A stretch of DNA of 64,000 nt from Pseudolabrys sp. (GTDB lineage: Bacteria; Pseudomonadota; Alphaproteobacteria; Rhizobiales; Xanthobacteraceae): positions 2,452-66,451 of the forward strand of contig JBKBRE010000021.1 of assembly GCA_046292265.1 (NCBI GenBank), in the 5' to 3' direction. The notes under the pieces were generated by a model. The model had not been told where the DNA came from. It saw nothing but the letters and a program-made list of their open reading frames with translations, and ran no database searches. Shown here piece by piece: positions 27,308 through 36,537 of the stretch (position 1 is the first letter of the stretch; each line of letters starts with the position of its first letter). The position numbers and the translations under genes were made by a program.

Positions 27308-30300
27308 CTACTCCGCCGGGCCGGGCAGGGCGCGCGGCTGCGAGGGCGACATCCGCGCGCGCAGCCGCTCCATGTAGAGGTAGATCACCGGGGTGGTGTA
27401 GAGCGTCAGCAACTGGCTGAGCAGCAGCCCGCCGACGATGGTGATGCCGAGCGGATTGCGCAGCTCGGAGCCGGTGCCGCTCTCGAGCGCCAGCGGCAGC
27501 GCGCCGAACAGCGCGGCCAGCGTCGTCATCATGATCGGGCGGAAACGCAGCAGCGCCGCCTGCACGATCGATTCCTCCGGCGTCATGCCCTGGTTGCGCT
27601 CGGCCTCGATCGCGAAGTCGATCATCAGGATCGCGTTCTTCTTCACGATGCCCATCAGCAGCACGATGCCGATCAGCGAGATCACCGACAGGTCGTAGCC
27701 GAACAGCATCAGCGCGAGCAGCGCGCCCACGCCCGCCGACGGCAGCGTCGAGAGAATGGTGAGCGGGTGGATGAAGCTCTCGTACAGCACGCCGAGCACG
27801 ATGTAGATCGCGATCACCGCCGCCAGGATCAGCCAGGGCTCGCCGGCGAGCGACTTGGCGAACTCCGCCGCTTCGCCCGAATAGGTGCCGGTCACCGCGC
27901 TCGGCATGCCGATCTCGCGCTGGGCCGCCTCGATGAGGCGCACCGCGTCGGACAGCGCGTAGCCCTCGGCGAGGTCGAAGCTGATGGTGACCGAGGGGAA
28001 CTGCTCCTGATGCGCGATCGCGAGCGGACCCGACGTCGGCACGAAGTGGGCGAAGGCCGACAGCGGCACCTGATTGGAGCCGGTCACCGCGTTCGGCGTC
28101 GCCGTGGTGTTGGTGTTGGTGGTAGCGGATGCGGTGTTGCCGACCGTGGCCACCGTGCCCGTCGTCGTGCGCGCCCCGGTCACGTAAATCTGCGACAGCG
28201 AATTGGGGTCCTGGGTATAGCGCGGCTGCGCCTCCAGGATCACGCGATACTGGTTGGCCTGACCGTAGATGGTGGAGACCTGGCGCTGGCCGAAGGCGTC
28301 GTAGAGCGTGTCGGTGACGCTCTGCATCGAGACGCCGAGCCGGCCGGCGCGCTCGCGGTCGACCTCGACCCGCACGCGCGGTCCGCCTTCCTGGGCTTCG
28401 GAGGCGACTTCGCGCAGCGCGCCGTCGCCGCGCAACCGCTCGACCAGCCGTTCCGCCCATTGCAGGACCTCGCTCCGGTCCGTGCCGACCAGCGTATACT
28501 GATACTGCGCGCGCGAGACGCGCGTGGCGATCTGGATGTCCTGCACCGCCTGGAAATAGACGGTCATGCCCGGGATGGAAGCGACCGCCTGCTTCAGGCG
28601 AGCGACGATCTCGCCGACATGGTCGCTGCGCTCGTGGCGCGGCTTGAGCGCGATCTGCAGGCGCCCGGCATTGGGCGTGGCGTTGAGCGGACTGACGCCG
28701 ATGACGGAAACCACGCCCGCGACGGCTGGATCGGAGCGGATCGCGGCCTCTACCTGCTGCTGGCGGCGCTGCATTTCCTTGAACGAGACGTCCGTGCCGG
28801 CTTCGGTGACGGCGGTGATCAGGCCGGTGTCCTGCAAAGGCAGGAAGCCTTTCGGCATGACCAGATAGAGCGCGACCGTCAGCGCCAGCGTGAACAGGGT
28901 CACGGCCAGGGTCTCGAACTGATGGCGCAGCACCCAGCGCAGGCTGCGGTCGTAGAAGTCGACGCTCCATTCGACCGCCGCCGAAATGCGCCGTGTCAGC
29001 GGGCTGCCGCGGCCTTCTCGCCGCGGGGCCTCGGCATCGCGCTGGCGCAGGAGGCGTCCGCACATCATGGGCGTGAGCGTGAGCGAGACGATGGCCGACA
29101 CGACCACCGCGATGCTGAGCGTCAGCGCGAACTCGCGGAACATGCGCCCGACCAGGCCGGTCATGAATAGCAGCGGGATGAACACGGCGAGCAGCGACAG
29201 CGTCAGCGAGATGACGGTGAAGGCGATCTCCTTGGCGCCGCGCAGCGCCGCCTGCAGCGGGGTTTCGCCCTTCTCCAGGTGGCGCACGATGTTCTCGATC
29301 ATGACGATGGCATCGTCCACCACGAAGCCGGTGCCGATGGTGAGCGCCATCAGCGACAGGTTGTCGAGCGAGAAGCCGGCAAACCACATCACGCCGAAGG
29401 TCGCGATCAGCGACAAAGGCAGCGCGACGCCGGCGATGATGGTGGCGCGGATGGTGCGCAGGAAGATCAGCACCACCAGCACGACCAGCCCGACGCTGAG
29501 CGCCAGCGTGAACTGCACGTCGCGGATCGAGGCGCGGATGGTGTCGGTGCGGTCGTTGACGACCGTGAGCTGCGCCGCCGCCGGCATCGCCCGCTGCAGC
29601 CGCGGCAGCTCGGCGCGGATACGCCTGACGGTGTCGATGACGTTGGCGCCGGGTTGCCGCTGCACGTCGATAACGACGGCCGGCTCGCCGCGATACCAGG
29701 CGCCGACCTTGCTGTTCTCAAGGCCCTCGACCACGTCGGCGACGTCGCTGAGCAGCACCGGCGCGTTGTTGCGGAAGGCGACGGTGATGGCGCGATAGGC
29801 GGCGGCGGTGGTGAGCTGGTCGTTGGCGGCGATGCTGTAGGACTGGTGCGCGCCGTCGAGCGAGCCCTTCGGCCCGGCGACGTTGGCGCCGACAATCGCG
29901 GTGCGCAGGTCTTCGAGCGCGATGCCGTAGGCGGCGAGCCGCGACAGGTCGGCCTGGATGCGGATGGCCGGCCGCAGGCCGCCCTGCACCGAGACATGGC
30001 CGACGCCGGTCACCTCCGACAGGCGCGGCGACATTATGGTGTCGGCGAGATCGCTCAGCGCGCGCAGGTCGACGCTCTTGGAGGTGAGCGCCAGCGTGAT
30101 GACCGGCACGTCGGCGGGGTTCACCTTGGCGTAGAGCGGCGGATAAGGAAGGTTACGCGGCAATGCCGAACCCGCCGCGTTGATCGCGGATTGCACGTCC
30201 TGCGCCGCGCCGTCGATGTCGCGGTTCAGGTCGAATTGCAGCGTGATCTGGCTGATGCCGAACGAGCTCGACGAGGTCATCGCCTGCAAGGACGGGATCT

Positions 30301-30517
30301 TGCCGAACTGGACTTCGAGCGGCGAGGTGACCAGCGACGCCATGGTGTCCGGGTTGGCGCCGGGCAGCTGGGTGGTGACCTGGATGGTGGGGAAGTCGAC
30401 CTGCGGCAGCGCCGACACCGGCAGCCAGAGGTAGCCGAGCAGGCCGCCCAGCATCGTCGCGACGCCAAGCAGCGAGGTGGCGATCGGCCGATGAATGAAC
30501 GGCGATGAGACGCTCAT
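27308..30517 (-). CDS. mdtB: RND efflux transporter permease, MdtB-like
   Basis: MSVSSPFIHRPIATSLL, PQVDFPTIQV, GFVVDDAIV, GIVKKNAILM, RFRPIMMTT motifs. Confidence 0.88.
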   Translation of the reverse strand: MSVSSPFIHRPIATSLLGVATMLGGLLGYLWLPVSALPQVDFPTIQVTTQLPGANPDTMASLVTSPLEVQFGKIPSLQAMTSSSSFGISQITLQFDLNRDIDGAAQDVQSAINAAGSALPRNLPYPPLYAKVNPADVPVITLALTSKSVDLRALSDLADTIMSPRLSEVTGVGHVSVQGGLRPAIRIQADLSRLAAYGIALEDLRTAIVGANVAGPKGSLDGAHQSYSIAANDQLTTAAAYRAITVAFRNNAPVLLSDVADVVEGLENSKVGAWYRGEPAVVIDVQRQPGANVIDTVRRIRAELPRLQRAMPAAAQLTVVNDRTDTIRASIRDVQFTLALSVGLVVLVVLIFLRTIRATIIAGVALPLSLIATFGVMWFAGFSLDNLSLMALTIGTGFVVDDAIVMIENIVRHLEKGETPLQAALRGAKEIAFTVISLTLSLLAVFIPLLFMTGLVGRMFREFALTLSIAVVVSAIVSLTLTPMMCGRLLRQRDAEAPRREGRGSPLTRRISAAVEWSVDFYDRSLRWVLRHQFETLAVTLFTLALTVALYLVMPKGFLPLQDTGLITAVTEAGTDVSFKEMQRRQQQVEAAIRSDPAVAGVVSVIGVSPLNATPNAGRLQIALKPRHERSDHVGEIVARLKQAVASIPGMTVYFQAVQDIQIATRVSRAQYQYTLVGTDRSEVLQWAERLVERLRGDGALREVASEAQEGGPRVRVEVDRERAGRLGVSMQSVTDTLYDAFGQRQVSTIYGQANQYRVILEAQPRYTQDPNSLSQIYVTGARTTTGTVATVGNTASATTNTNTTATPNAVTGSNQVPLSAFAHFVPTSGPLAIAHQEQFPSVTISFDLAEGYALSDAVRLIEAAQREIGMPSAVTGTYSGEAAEFAKSLAGEPWLILAAVIAIYIVLGVLYESFIHPLTILSTLPSAGVGALLALMLFGYDLSVISLIGIVLLMGIVKKNAILMIDFAIEAERNQGMTPEESIVQAALLRFRPIMMTTLAALFGALPLALESGTGSELRNPLGITIVGGLLLSQLLTLYTTPVIYLYMERLRARMSPSQPRALPGPAE

Positions 30518-31797
30518 TGCGCTGGGTTGGACCTCGGGTTGCCGGCGCCCCGCCGCTGTCCCGCTTCGCCGCCCTGCCGCGGCCCTCCCGGACGCGCACC
30601 CTGCGGACTCGCCGCAGGCGGCGTGCCGTCCGCCGAGCCGATCGAAACCTGGGCGCCGTCGGTGAGGCGGGCGAAGCCCGTGGTGATCACGCGTTCGGGC
30701 GGCGTCACCCCGCTCGCCACCACGGTCTGCGTCTCGTCCTGCTTCTGCACCTGGATCGCGCGCATGGCGGCGCTGCCGTCTTCCTGCACGACGTAGACGA
30801 AGGTACCGTTCGGCCCGCGCTGCACCGCGCCGGTGGGGATCACCACCACCTGGTTGAGCGTGTTGACCAGAAGCCGGACGTTCACGAACTGGCCGGGCCA
30901 CAGCTTGAGGTCGCCGTTGGGGAATTCCGCCTTCAGGCGGACCGTTCCGGTCGAGGCGTCGACCTGGTTGTCCATCACCGTCAGCGTGCCGCGCTCGATC
31001 ACCTCGCCGGTGTCGGAGCGCATGGCGTCCGCCGCCAGGGGGCCCTTGGCGAAGGCGGCGTTCACGGTGTTGATGTCCTGCTGCGGCAGGCTGAACAGCA
31101 CGGCGATCGGCTTGAGCTGGGTGAGCACGACGATGCCGGCGGTGTCGGACGCGCGCACGATGTTGCCTTCGTCGACCTGGCGCAGGCCGGTGCGGCCGTC
31201 GATCGGCGCGCGGATGGTGGTGTAGCCGAGCGTCGCCTGTGCGCTTTCGATGGCCGCCTGGTCGGCCTGCACCTGCGCGGTGTATTGCGCCACCAGCGCG
31301 CGCTGGGTGTCGGCCTGCTGGCGGTTGATGGCGTTGCTGGCGGCGAGCTTCTCGTAGCGGTCGAGATCGTTCTTCGCGTTGGTCAGCAGCGCCTCGTCCT
31401 GCGCCTTCTTGGCCAGCGCCTGGTCGTAGGCCGCCTGGTAGGTGGCGGGATCGATGCGCGCCAGCACGTCGCCGCGCTTGACGTCCTGGCCTTCCTTGAA
31501 AGCCACCGCGATCAGCTTGCCGTCCACCTGCGGGCGCACGGTTACCGTGTTGAGCGCGCGCACCGTGCCGACGGCGTCGAGATAGACCGGCACGTCGGCC
31601 CGGCTCGCGTTCGCGGCGAGCACCGGCACCGGCCCGCCCGGCGCGCCGAAACGTCCGCCGCGCTGCTGCGGCGCGGGCGAGGTGCCGTACACCCAGTAGA
31701 GCGCGCCTGCGACGGCCAGCAGGACCACGGCGAAGGCGATGAAACGGCGGGTGCGTCCTCCCGTGCGCGTGTGGTGCTTCTTCAACTCACCGTGCAT
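30514..31797 (-). CDS. mdtA: RND periplasmic adaptor, MdtA-like
   Basis: N-terminal TM, VPVYLDAVGTV, RPQVDG, IRAPIDGRTGLRQVDEGN, LWPGQFVNV motifs. Confidence 0.9.
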   Translation of the reverse strand: MHGELKKHHTRTGGRTRRFIAFAVVLLAVAGALYWVYGTSPAPQQRGGRFGAPGGPVPVLAANASRADVPVYLDAVGTVRALNTVTVRPQVDGKLIAVAFKEGQDVKRGDVLARIDPATYQAAYDQALAKKAQDEALLTNAKNDLDRYEKLAASNAINRQQADTQRALVAQYTAQVQADQAAIESAQATLGYTTIRAPIDGRTGLRQVDEGNIVRASDTAGIVVLTQLKPIAVLFSLPQQDINTVNAAFAKGPLAADAMRSDTGEVIERGTLTVMDNQVDASTGTVRLKAEFPNGDLKLWPGQFVNVRLLVNTLNQVVVIPTGAVQRGPNGTFVYVVQEDGSAAMRAIQVQKQDETQTVVASGVTPPERVITTGFARLTDGAQVSIGSADGTPPAASPQGARPGGPRQGGEAGQRRGAGNPRSNPAQ

Positions 31798-33268
31798 TCG
31801 AGGCCTCCACCGGCGGCGGCCGCCAGCCCCCGCCGAGCGCCTGGTACAGGCTGACGATCGCCTGCAGGTGCGCGAGGCGCGCCTGCACCAGCGCGTCCTG
31901 CGACTGGTAAAGCGTCTGCTGCGTCTGCAACACCGTGACGAGGTCGATGGTGCCTTCGTTCAGCCGCTGTTCGGAAATGTCGAAGGCGCGCCGCGAGCTC
32001 GTCACCACGTCGCGCTGCAGGCGCTCGCGCAAGGCGGTCTGGCGGATCGCGTCGAGCGCGTTCTCCACGTCGACGAAGCCCGAGATCACCGCCTTGCGGT
32101 AGACCTGCAGCAATTCGTCCTGCCGGCCCTTCTGCAGATCGAGATTGCCGAGCAGCCGGCCGCCCTGGAAGATCGGCTGCGTCAGTCCGGCCGCGACGTT
32201 GTAGAACATCGACTCCGGCCGCAGCAGCGTCTTGAGCACGGCGCTCTGGTAGCCGCCTTCGCCCGTCAGCGTGATGCTCGGCAGGAACTGCGCGCGCGCG
32301 TTCTCCACGTTGGCATTGGCGGCGGCGAGGTTCGCCTCCGCCTGGCGGATGTCGGGGCGCTGGGCGAGCAGCTCGGACGGCAGGCCCGGCGTCACGCGCG
32401 GCGTCGCGAGGCTGTTGAGCGAGCCGCCGCGCACGCGCACGCGCTCCGGCGATCGCGCCATCAGCAGCGCCAGCGCGTTGCGGTTCTGCGTCAGCGCCTG
32501 CTCGAGCGGCGGAATGGACGCGCGCTGCGTGGCGACGACGGATTCCTGCTGCGACGTCTCCAGCGCCGACGCCGTGCCGGCGTTGACGCGCTGCTGGATC
32601 AGGTTGAGCACGCGGGTGGCGCTTTGCAGGTTGTCGCGCGCGACGCGCAGGCGGTCCTGCGAGGCGAGCACCTGGAAATAGGCGTTGGCCGCGCTCACCA
32701 CGGTCGTGAGGCCGACGACCTCGCGGTCGAAGCGGCTGGCCACCGCGAGTTCTTCGGAGGCGCGCAGCGCGGCGCGGTTCTTGCCCCAGAAGTCGATCTC
32801 GAAGCTCGCCGCCAGCGAGGCCGAGAGGTTGTCGCGCTCGGAGCTGCCCGACGAGGTTCCGCCGCTCAATGTCTGCGACGAACGCGAGCGCGCCGCGCTG
32901 CTGTCGAGATCGACCGCGGGCAACAGCGCCGCGCCGGCGACGCGCGACTGGGCGTCGGCCTGAACGATGCGGGCGACGGCGCCCGCGATGTCGAGATTGG
33001 CCTCGCGGGTCTGCTCGATGATCTCGGTGAGCTCGCGTGAGCGGAAGCCGCGCCACCAGTCGAGTGGCGGCGTGGCGATTTCCGCCGCCTTCGCATTCTT
33101 CGGACCGTGCTGATAGGCCGGCGGAATGTCGAGGCCGGGTTCCGGCGGCGCGCCGGTCAACAAGCAGCCGCCGAGCGGCAGCGTCAGGGTCAGTCCCTGG
33201 AGCATGGTCAAAAACGGGTGCCCCCGTCGTTTCGTTCCGGCCCCGCCATCCCGCAATGCGCCACGCAT
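31787..33268 (-). CDS. Efflux outer membrane factor (NodT/OprM family lipoprotein); start uncertain (33268 or 33205)
   Basis: Lipobox LGGC, DWWRGF, FEIDFWGK, RRPDIR-like QRPDIR, LYQALGGGW motifs. Confidence 0.9.
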   Translation of the reverse strand: MRGALRDGGAGTKRRGHPFLTMLQGLTLTLPLGGCLLTGAPPEPGLDIPPAYQHGPKNAKAAEIATPPLDWWRGFRSRELTEIIEQTREANLDIAGAVARIVQADAQSRVAGAALLPAVDLDSSAARSRSSQTLSGGTSSGSSERDNLSASLAASFEIDFWGKNRAALRASEELAVASRFDREVVGLTTVVSAANAYFQVLASQDRLRVARDNLQSATRVLNLIQQRVNAGTASALETSQQESVVATQRASIPPLEQALTQNRNALALLMARSPERVRVRGGSLNSLATPRVTPGLPSELLAQRPDIRQAEANLAAANANVENARAQFLPSITLTGEGGYQSAVLKTLLRPESMFYNVAAGLTQPIFQGGRLLGNLDLQKGRQDELLQVYRKAVISGFVDVENALDAIRQTALRERLQRDVVTSSRRAFDISEQRLNEGTIDLVTVLQTQQTLYQSQDALVQARLAHLQAIVSLYQALGGGWRPPPVEASNAR

Positions 33269-33322
33269 ACTTTGAACTTTCTGAACCGCTGCAAACGCCG
33301 CCCGTGGCGACCCTAGCCGGAT

Positions 33323-33805
33323 CTATTGCCCGGTGCTTGCGGATTTCCGTCTCGGTGGCCAATCGGCCACGCCCTTGCGGCCGGCGGGTGTCATCTTCGC
33401 CGTGGCGTCGGCGAAAACGCCTTGCAGGATCTGATCGAAGGTCTGGCGCGCCGCGCGGGTCTTGTCCATGGCCGCGCGCACGGCGTCCGGCGAGAACGGT
33501 TCGGCGCGCAGCGAGTCGCGGATCTCGCTCTGCGCGCCTCGGTATTGCGTCTGCGCCGCGTCGAGCTTCGGCCGTGCTTCGTTGATGGCGCCGCGCAGCA
33601 GCTCGGCGTCGCCCGGCGGCAAGGTCGCCGCCAGGCGCTCGACCCGCACGAACACGTTGCGGTCCCAGGTCGGCGGCGGCGGCGCGCGCACCGCCATCGC
33701 GATCGCGATGCCGATGAAGAACAGGTTGAGCGCGAGGGACCCGAGCAGCAGCCAGCGCCCGGAGCCGCGCGCACCGGCCGCCGGAACGACGTGGGTGGCG
33801 CTCAT
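33323..33805 (-). CDS. Periplasmic heavy-metal-sensor / Spy-CpxP-like protein
   Basis: SLALNLFFIG TM segment followed by a helical domain; typical third gene of sigma/anti-sigma cassettes. Confidence 0.7.
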   Translation of the reverse strand: MSATHVVPAAGARGSGRWLLLGSLALNLFFIGIAIAMAVRAPPPPTWDRNVFVRVERLAATLPPGDAELLRGAINEARPKLDAAQTQYRGAQSEIRDSLRAEPFSPDAVRAAMDKTRAARQTFDQILQGVFADATAKMTPAGRKGVADWPPRRKSASTGQ

Positions 33806-34122
33806 TGCTGGGCTCCGTTGAAAGGCTCGACTTCGAAGATCGACCCGTAGTCGCGGCTGACCGGTTCGTAGGCGCGGTCGAGGCCGGCGAGACCGACCAT
33901 GAAGCCCATCACGGCGCAGCAGGCGAGCGCGGCCATGCGCGGCCAGGCCGGCGTGAACTCCCAGTCGAGCAGCACGCCGGGCAGCCGCCAGAACGGCTGC
34001 TTCTGCCGCGGCAGCGGGCCGGCCAGCCGCCTGAGCACGCGCGCCGCCGCAGCGTCGTCCTCGCGCGTGGGCTCGCGCTGCAAGGCGTCCTTGAGAAGCC
34101 TGTCGAGTTGTTCGTCGTTCAT
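33802..34122 (-). CDS. Putative membrane-anchored anti-sigma factor
   Basis: Short ORF starting 1 nt after the sigma stop; helical N-terminus and one TM (AWPRMAALACCAVMGFMVGLAG). Confidence 0.6.
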   Translation of the reverse strand: MNDEQLDRLLKDALQREPTREDDAAAARVLRRLAGPLPRQKQPFWRLPGVLLDWEFTPAWPRMAALACCAVMGFMVGLAGLDRAYEPVSRDYGSIFEVEPFNGAQQ

Positions 34123-34123
34123 C

Positions 34124-34669
34124 TCACTCGTCCTCATTCATCACGTTGCCCAGGGCTCGACGCAGGTTCTGCTTGCCGCGGATCAGCAAGGTCTCCACCG
34201 CCGAGACCGATGTGTCGAGCGCTTCCGCCACCTGCGCATTGCTCATGCCCTCCGTATAGGTGAGCACGATGGCCGTGCGCTGGCGCGGCGGCAGTTCCTG
34301 GATCGCCGCGGCCAGCAATCGCTCGCGCTCGTCGGCTTCCGATTTTTCTCCCGCGCCGGGTGCGGTGTCCACGATCTCGCCGGCCGCTTCCAGGGCGACC
34401 CAGGGGGCGCGCCGCTTGCGGTCGAGGCAGAGGTTGACCACCACCCGGGTAAGCCAGGTGCGGAATTGCGCCAAAGGCTGCCAGCGCGGCGCGTGGCGCC
34501 AGACCCGCAGCATGGCTTCCTGCACCACGTCCTCGGCGTCGGCGCTATTGCCAAGGACGCGGCGGGCGAGCGCGACCATCGCCGGCACGTGCCGGCGGGA
34601 GAGCGCGCGGAACGCCGGCTCATCGCCGCGCGCGACCCGGGCCATGAGCGCTTCGTCGCTGTCATCCAT
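34124..34669 (-). CDS. ECF RNA polymerase sigma factor
   Basis: AEDVVQEAMLRVW, FRTWLTRVVVNLCLD (region 2); LPPRQR, EGMSNAQVAEALDTSVSAVETLL (region 4). Confidence 0.92.
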   Translation of the reverse strand: MDDSDEALMARVARGDEPAFRALSRRHVPAMVALARRVLGNSADAEDVVQEAMLRVWRHAPRWQPLAQFRTWLTRVVVNLCLDRKRRAPWVALEAAGEIVDTAPGAGEKSEADERERLLAAAIQELPPRQRTAIVLTYTEGMSNAQVAEALDTSVSAVETLLIRGKQNLRRALGNVMNEDE

Positions 34670-34821
34670 TGAAGTTTGGCAGCCGCCATCGGTTATTCCC
34701 GCGCATTCTAGCCCTCAGCCTGCTCATTGAACGCACGGGGCGGGGGAAACCTGTGCCCGCGGGAAAACGGGGAAACCGGGGACAAGCCCGGGTTTGCCCC
34801 AGCTAACCCGTTGAATCGACG

Positions 34822-35754
34822 TCAATTCACGACCCGGCGCTGGGCCGCCCGCTCCAGTCCCTTCACCAGCCGGTAGACCGCCTTGCAGTTCGGCATCGGT
34901 ATCCCGAGGCGCTCGCCCTCGCGGACCACGAAGCCGGTCAGTTCGTCGATCTCGGTCGGCCCCCCGCGCGCGATGTCGAGCGCCATGGAGCCGGCGTGCT
35001 TGCCGACCGGCAGTTCGCCGGCCCGGGTCTTCGCCACGAACTCCATGGGCGGGAAGGCGAAGCTGCCGCCCAGCGCCTTGACCACCGCCGTGCACTCCGC
35101 CGCCATGTCGTCGATCAGCGCGCACACCTCCGGGACCTCGTAGCGCGCCGCGTTGTCGCCCATCAGCAGGGCGCCGAGCGGGTTCATCACGCAGTTGAAC
35201 ACGAACTTGGACCAGACCGCGCCCATCGGATCGGCCAGCACCTCGGTTGGATAGCCGGCCGCGCTGAGCAGATCGGCGAGGGGACGCAGGTCATCGACAC
35301 TGCCGCGCACCGGCCCGAGCCAGGTCCTGCCCTCGATCAGGTTCTCGATCTCGCCCGGGCCGGCATAGCGCCCGGCGTTCATGGTGACGCCGCGTGCGAC
35401 CGGCCCGGGCGCGCCGAGCAGCACCTCCGCATTTCCCATGCCGTTCTGCAGCGTGACCAGCAGGCAATCGGCGATGACAGGGCGTAGTTGCGCCAGCGCT
35501 TCGCCGGTGAATTTCGACTTGAGCAGGAAGAGCGCGGCGTCGAAGCGCTCGCCCGCGAGCGCGGACGCGTCGGCGGTGGCCGCGATGCGCGCCAGCCGCG
35601 GGCTCTTGCCCGTCACGCGCAAGCCGTTCGCATTGATCGCCGCGACGTGCTCGGCATTGGCGTCGTAGGCGGTGACCTTTGCAACCGACGCTAGCGCCGA
35701 CGCGAACAGCCCGCCGATCGCGCCGCAGCCGACGATGAGGATGTGGGGCGGCAT
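34822..35754 (-). CDS. panE: 2-dehydropantoate 2-reductase family (PanE/ApbA)
   Basis: VGCGAIGG, TLQNG, WSKFVFN, GSMALD, TEIDEL motifs. Confidence 0.78.
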   Translation of the reverse strand: MPPHILIVGCGAIGGLFASALASVAKVTAYDANAEHVAAINANGLRVTGKSPRLARIAATADASALAGERFDAALFLLKSKFTGEALAQLRPVIADCLLVTLQNGMGNAEVLLGAPGPVARGVTMNAGRYAGPGEIENLIEGRTWLGPVRGSVDDLRPLADLLSAAGYPTEVLADPMGAVWSKFVFNCVMNPLGALLMGDNAARYEVPEVCALIDDMAAECTAVVKALGGSFAFPPMEFVAKTRAGELPVGKHAGSMALDIARGGPTEIDELTGFVVREGERLGIPMPNCKAVYRLVKGLERAAQRRVVN

Positions 35755-35848
35755 GGCATCTCCGCGCGGGGCGCGCATGGACGAAATCGCCCAACTCTGT
35801 CAAATGGGGCGATCCGCTACAATCAACCGCCATCCGGGAGGAATGCAA

Positions 35849-36235
35849 ATGGACAAGGCAATGTACGACAAGGGCATGGCGATGCGCCGCAAGGTGCTCG
35901 GCGACGAATATGTCGACCGCGCCGTCGCCAATACCGACGATTTCAACCGCAAGTTCCAGGACATGCTCAACGAGTATTGCTGGGGCCTGACCTGGACCGA
36001 CGAGGACTTGAAGCCGCGCGACCGCTCGATCCTCAACCTCGGCATGATCGCCGCGCTCGGCCGCATGCACGAGTTCGAGGCGCATTTCCGCGGCGCCATG
36101 CGCAACGGTGTCACCGAGAAAGAGCTCTCCGCGATCCTGCGTCAGGTGGCGATCTATTGCGGCTTCCCGGCCGCCGTGGACGCCCACCGCGTGGCCAAGC
36201 AGGTGCTGGCGGCGGAGAAGGCGAAGAAGGGCTAA
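35849..36235 (+). CDS. Carboxymuconolactone decarboxylase family (PcaC-like)
   Basis: GMAMRRKVLGDEYV, RDRSILNL, QVAIYCGFPAA motifs; SD GGGAGG. Confidence 0.85.
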   Translation: MDKAMYDKGMAMRRKVLGDEYVDRAVANTDDFNRKFQDMLNEYCWGLTWTDEDLKPRDRSILNLGMIAALGRMHEFEAHFRGAMRNGVTEKELSAILRQVAIYCGFPAAVDAHRVAKQVLAAEKAKKG

Positions 36236-36537
36236 CCGGCCGGCTCCGCATGCGCCCCGGCGAGACCGGGGCCCCCGGCGCGTTCCGCCGGCTGTGACCT
36301 CTTTGCATCGCCCGCCCGGGACCGCCGGGCGGGCGGACAAAGCCGTATAATTGTCTTGAATGTGCCTTTATCCCGGGGCATCCCAGAGCCCGATCAGACG
36401 GCAGGGGCCGTTCCGCCGGGTGCATGCCTTCGAGCTTGCCGCGCCCTTATGGCGACCCATTTCCGGAATACGTCCTGCGCGCGCAAAATGTCGGAGGGGC
36501 CCGATTCGGACCGATCCGACCGGACTTTAGGTGACGA

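Noticed and set aside
36236-36537. Possible ncRNA in the 300-nt region upstream of the LDT gene
   Set aside because: No recognisable family, and no clear promoter-terminator pair on one strand.
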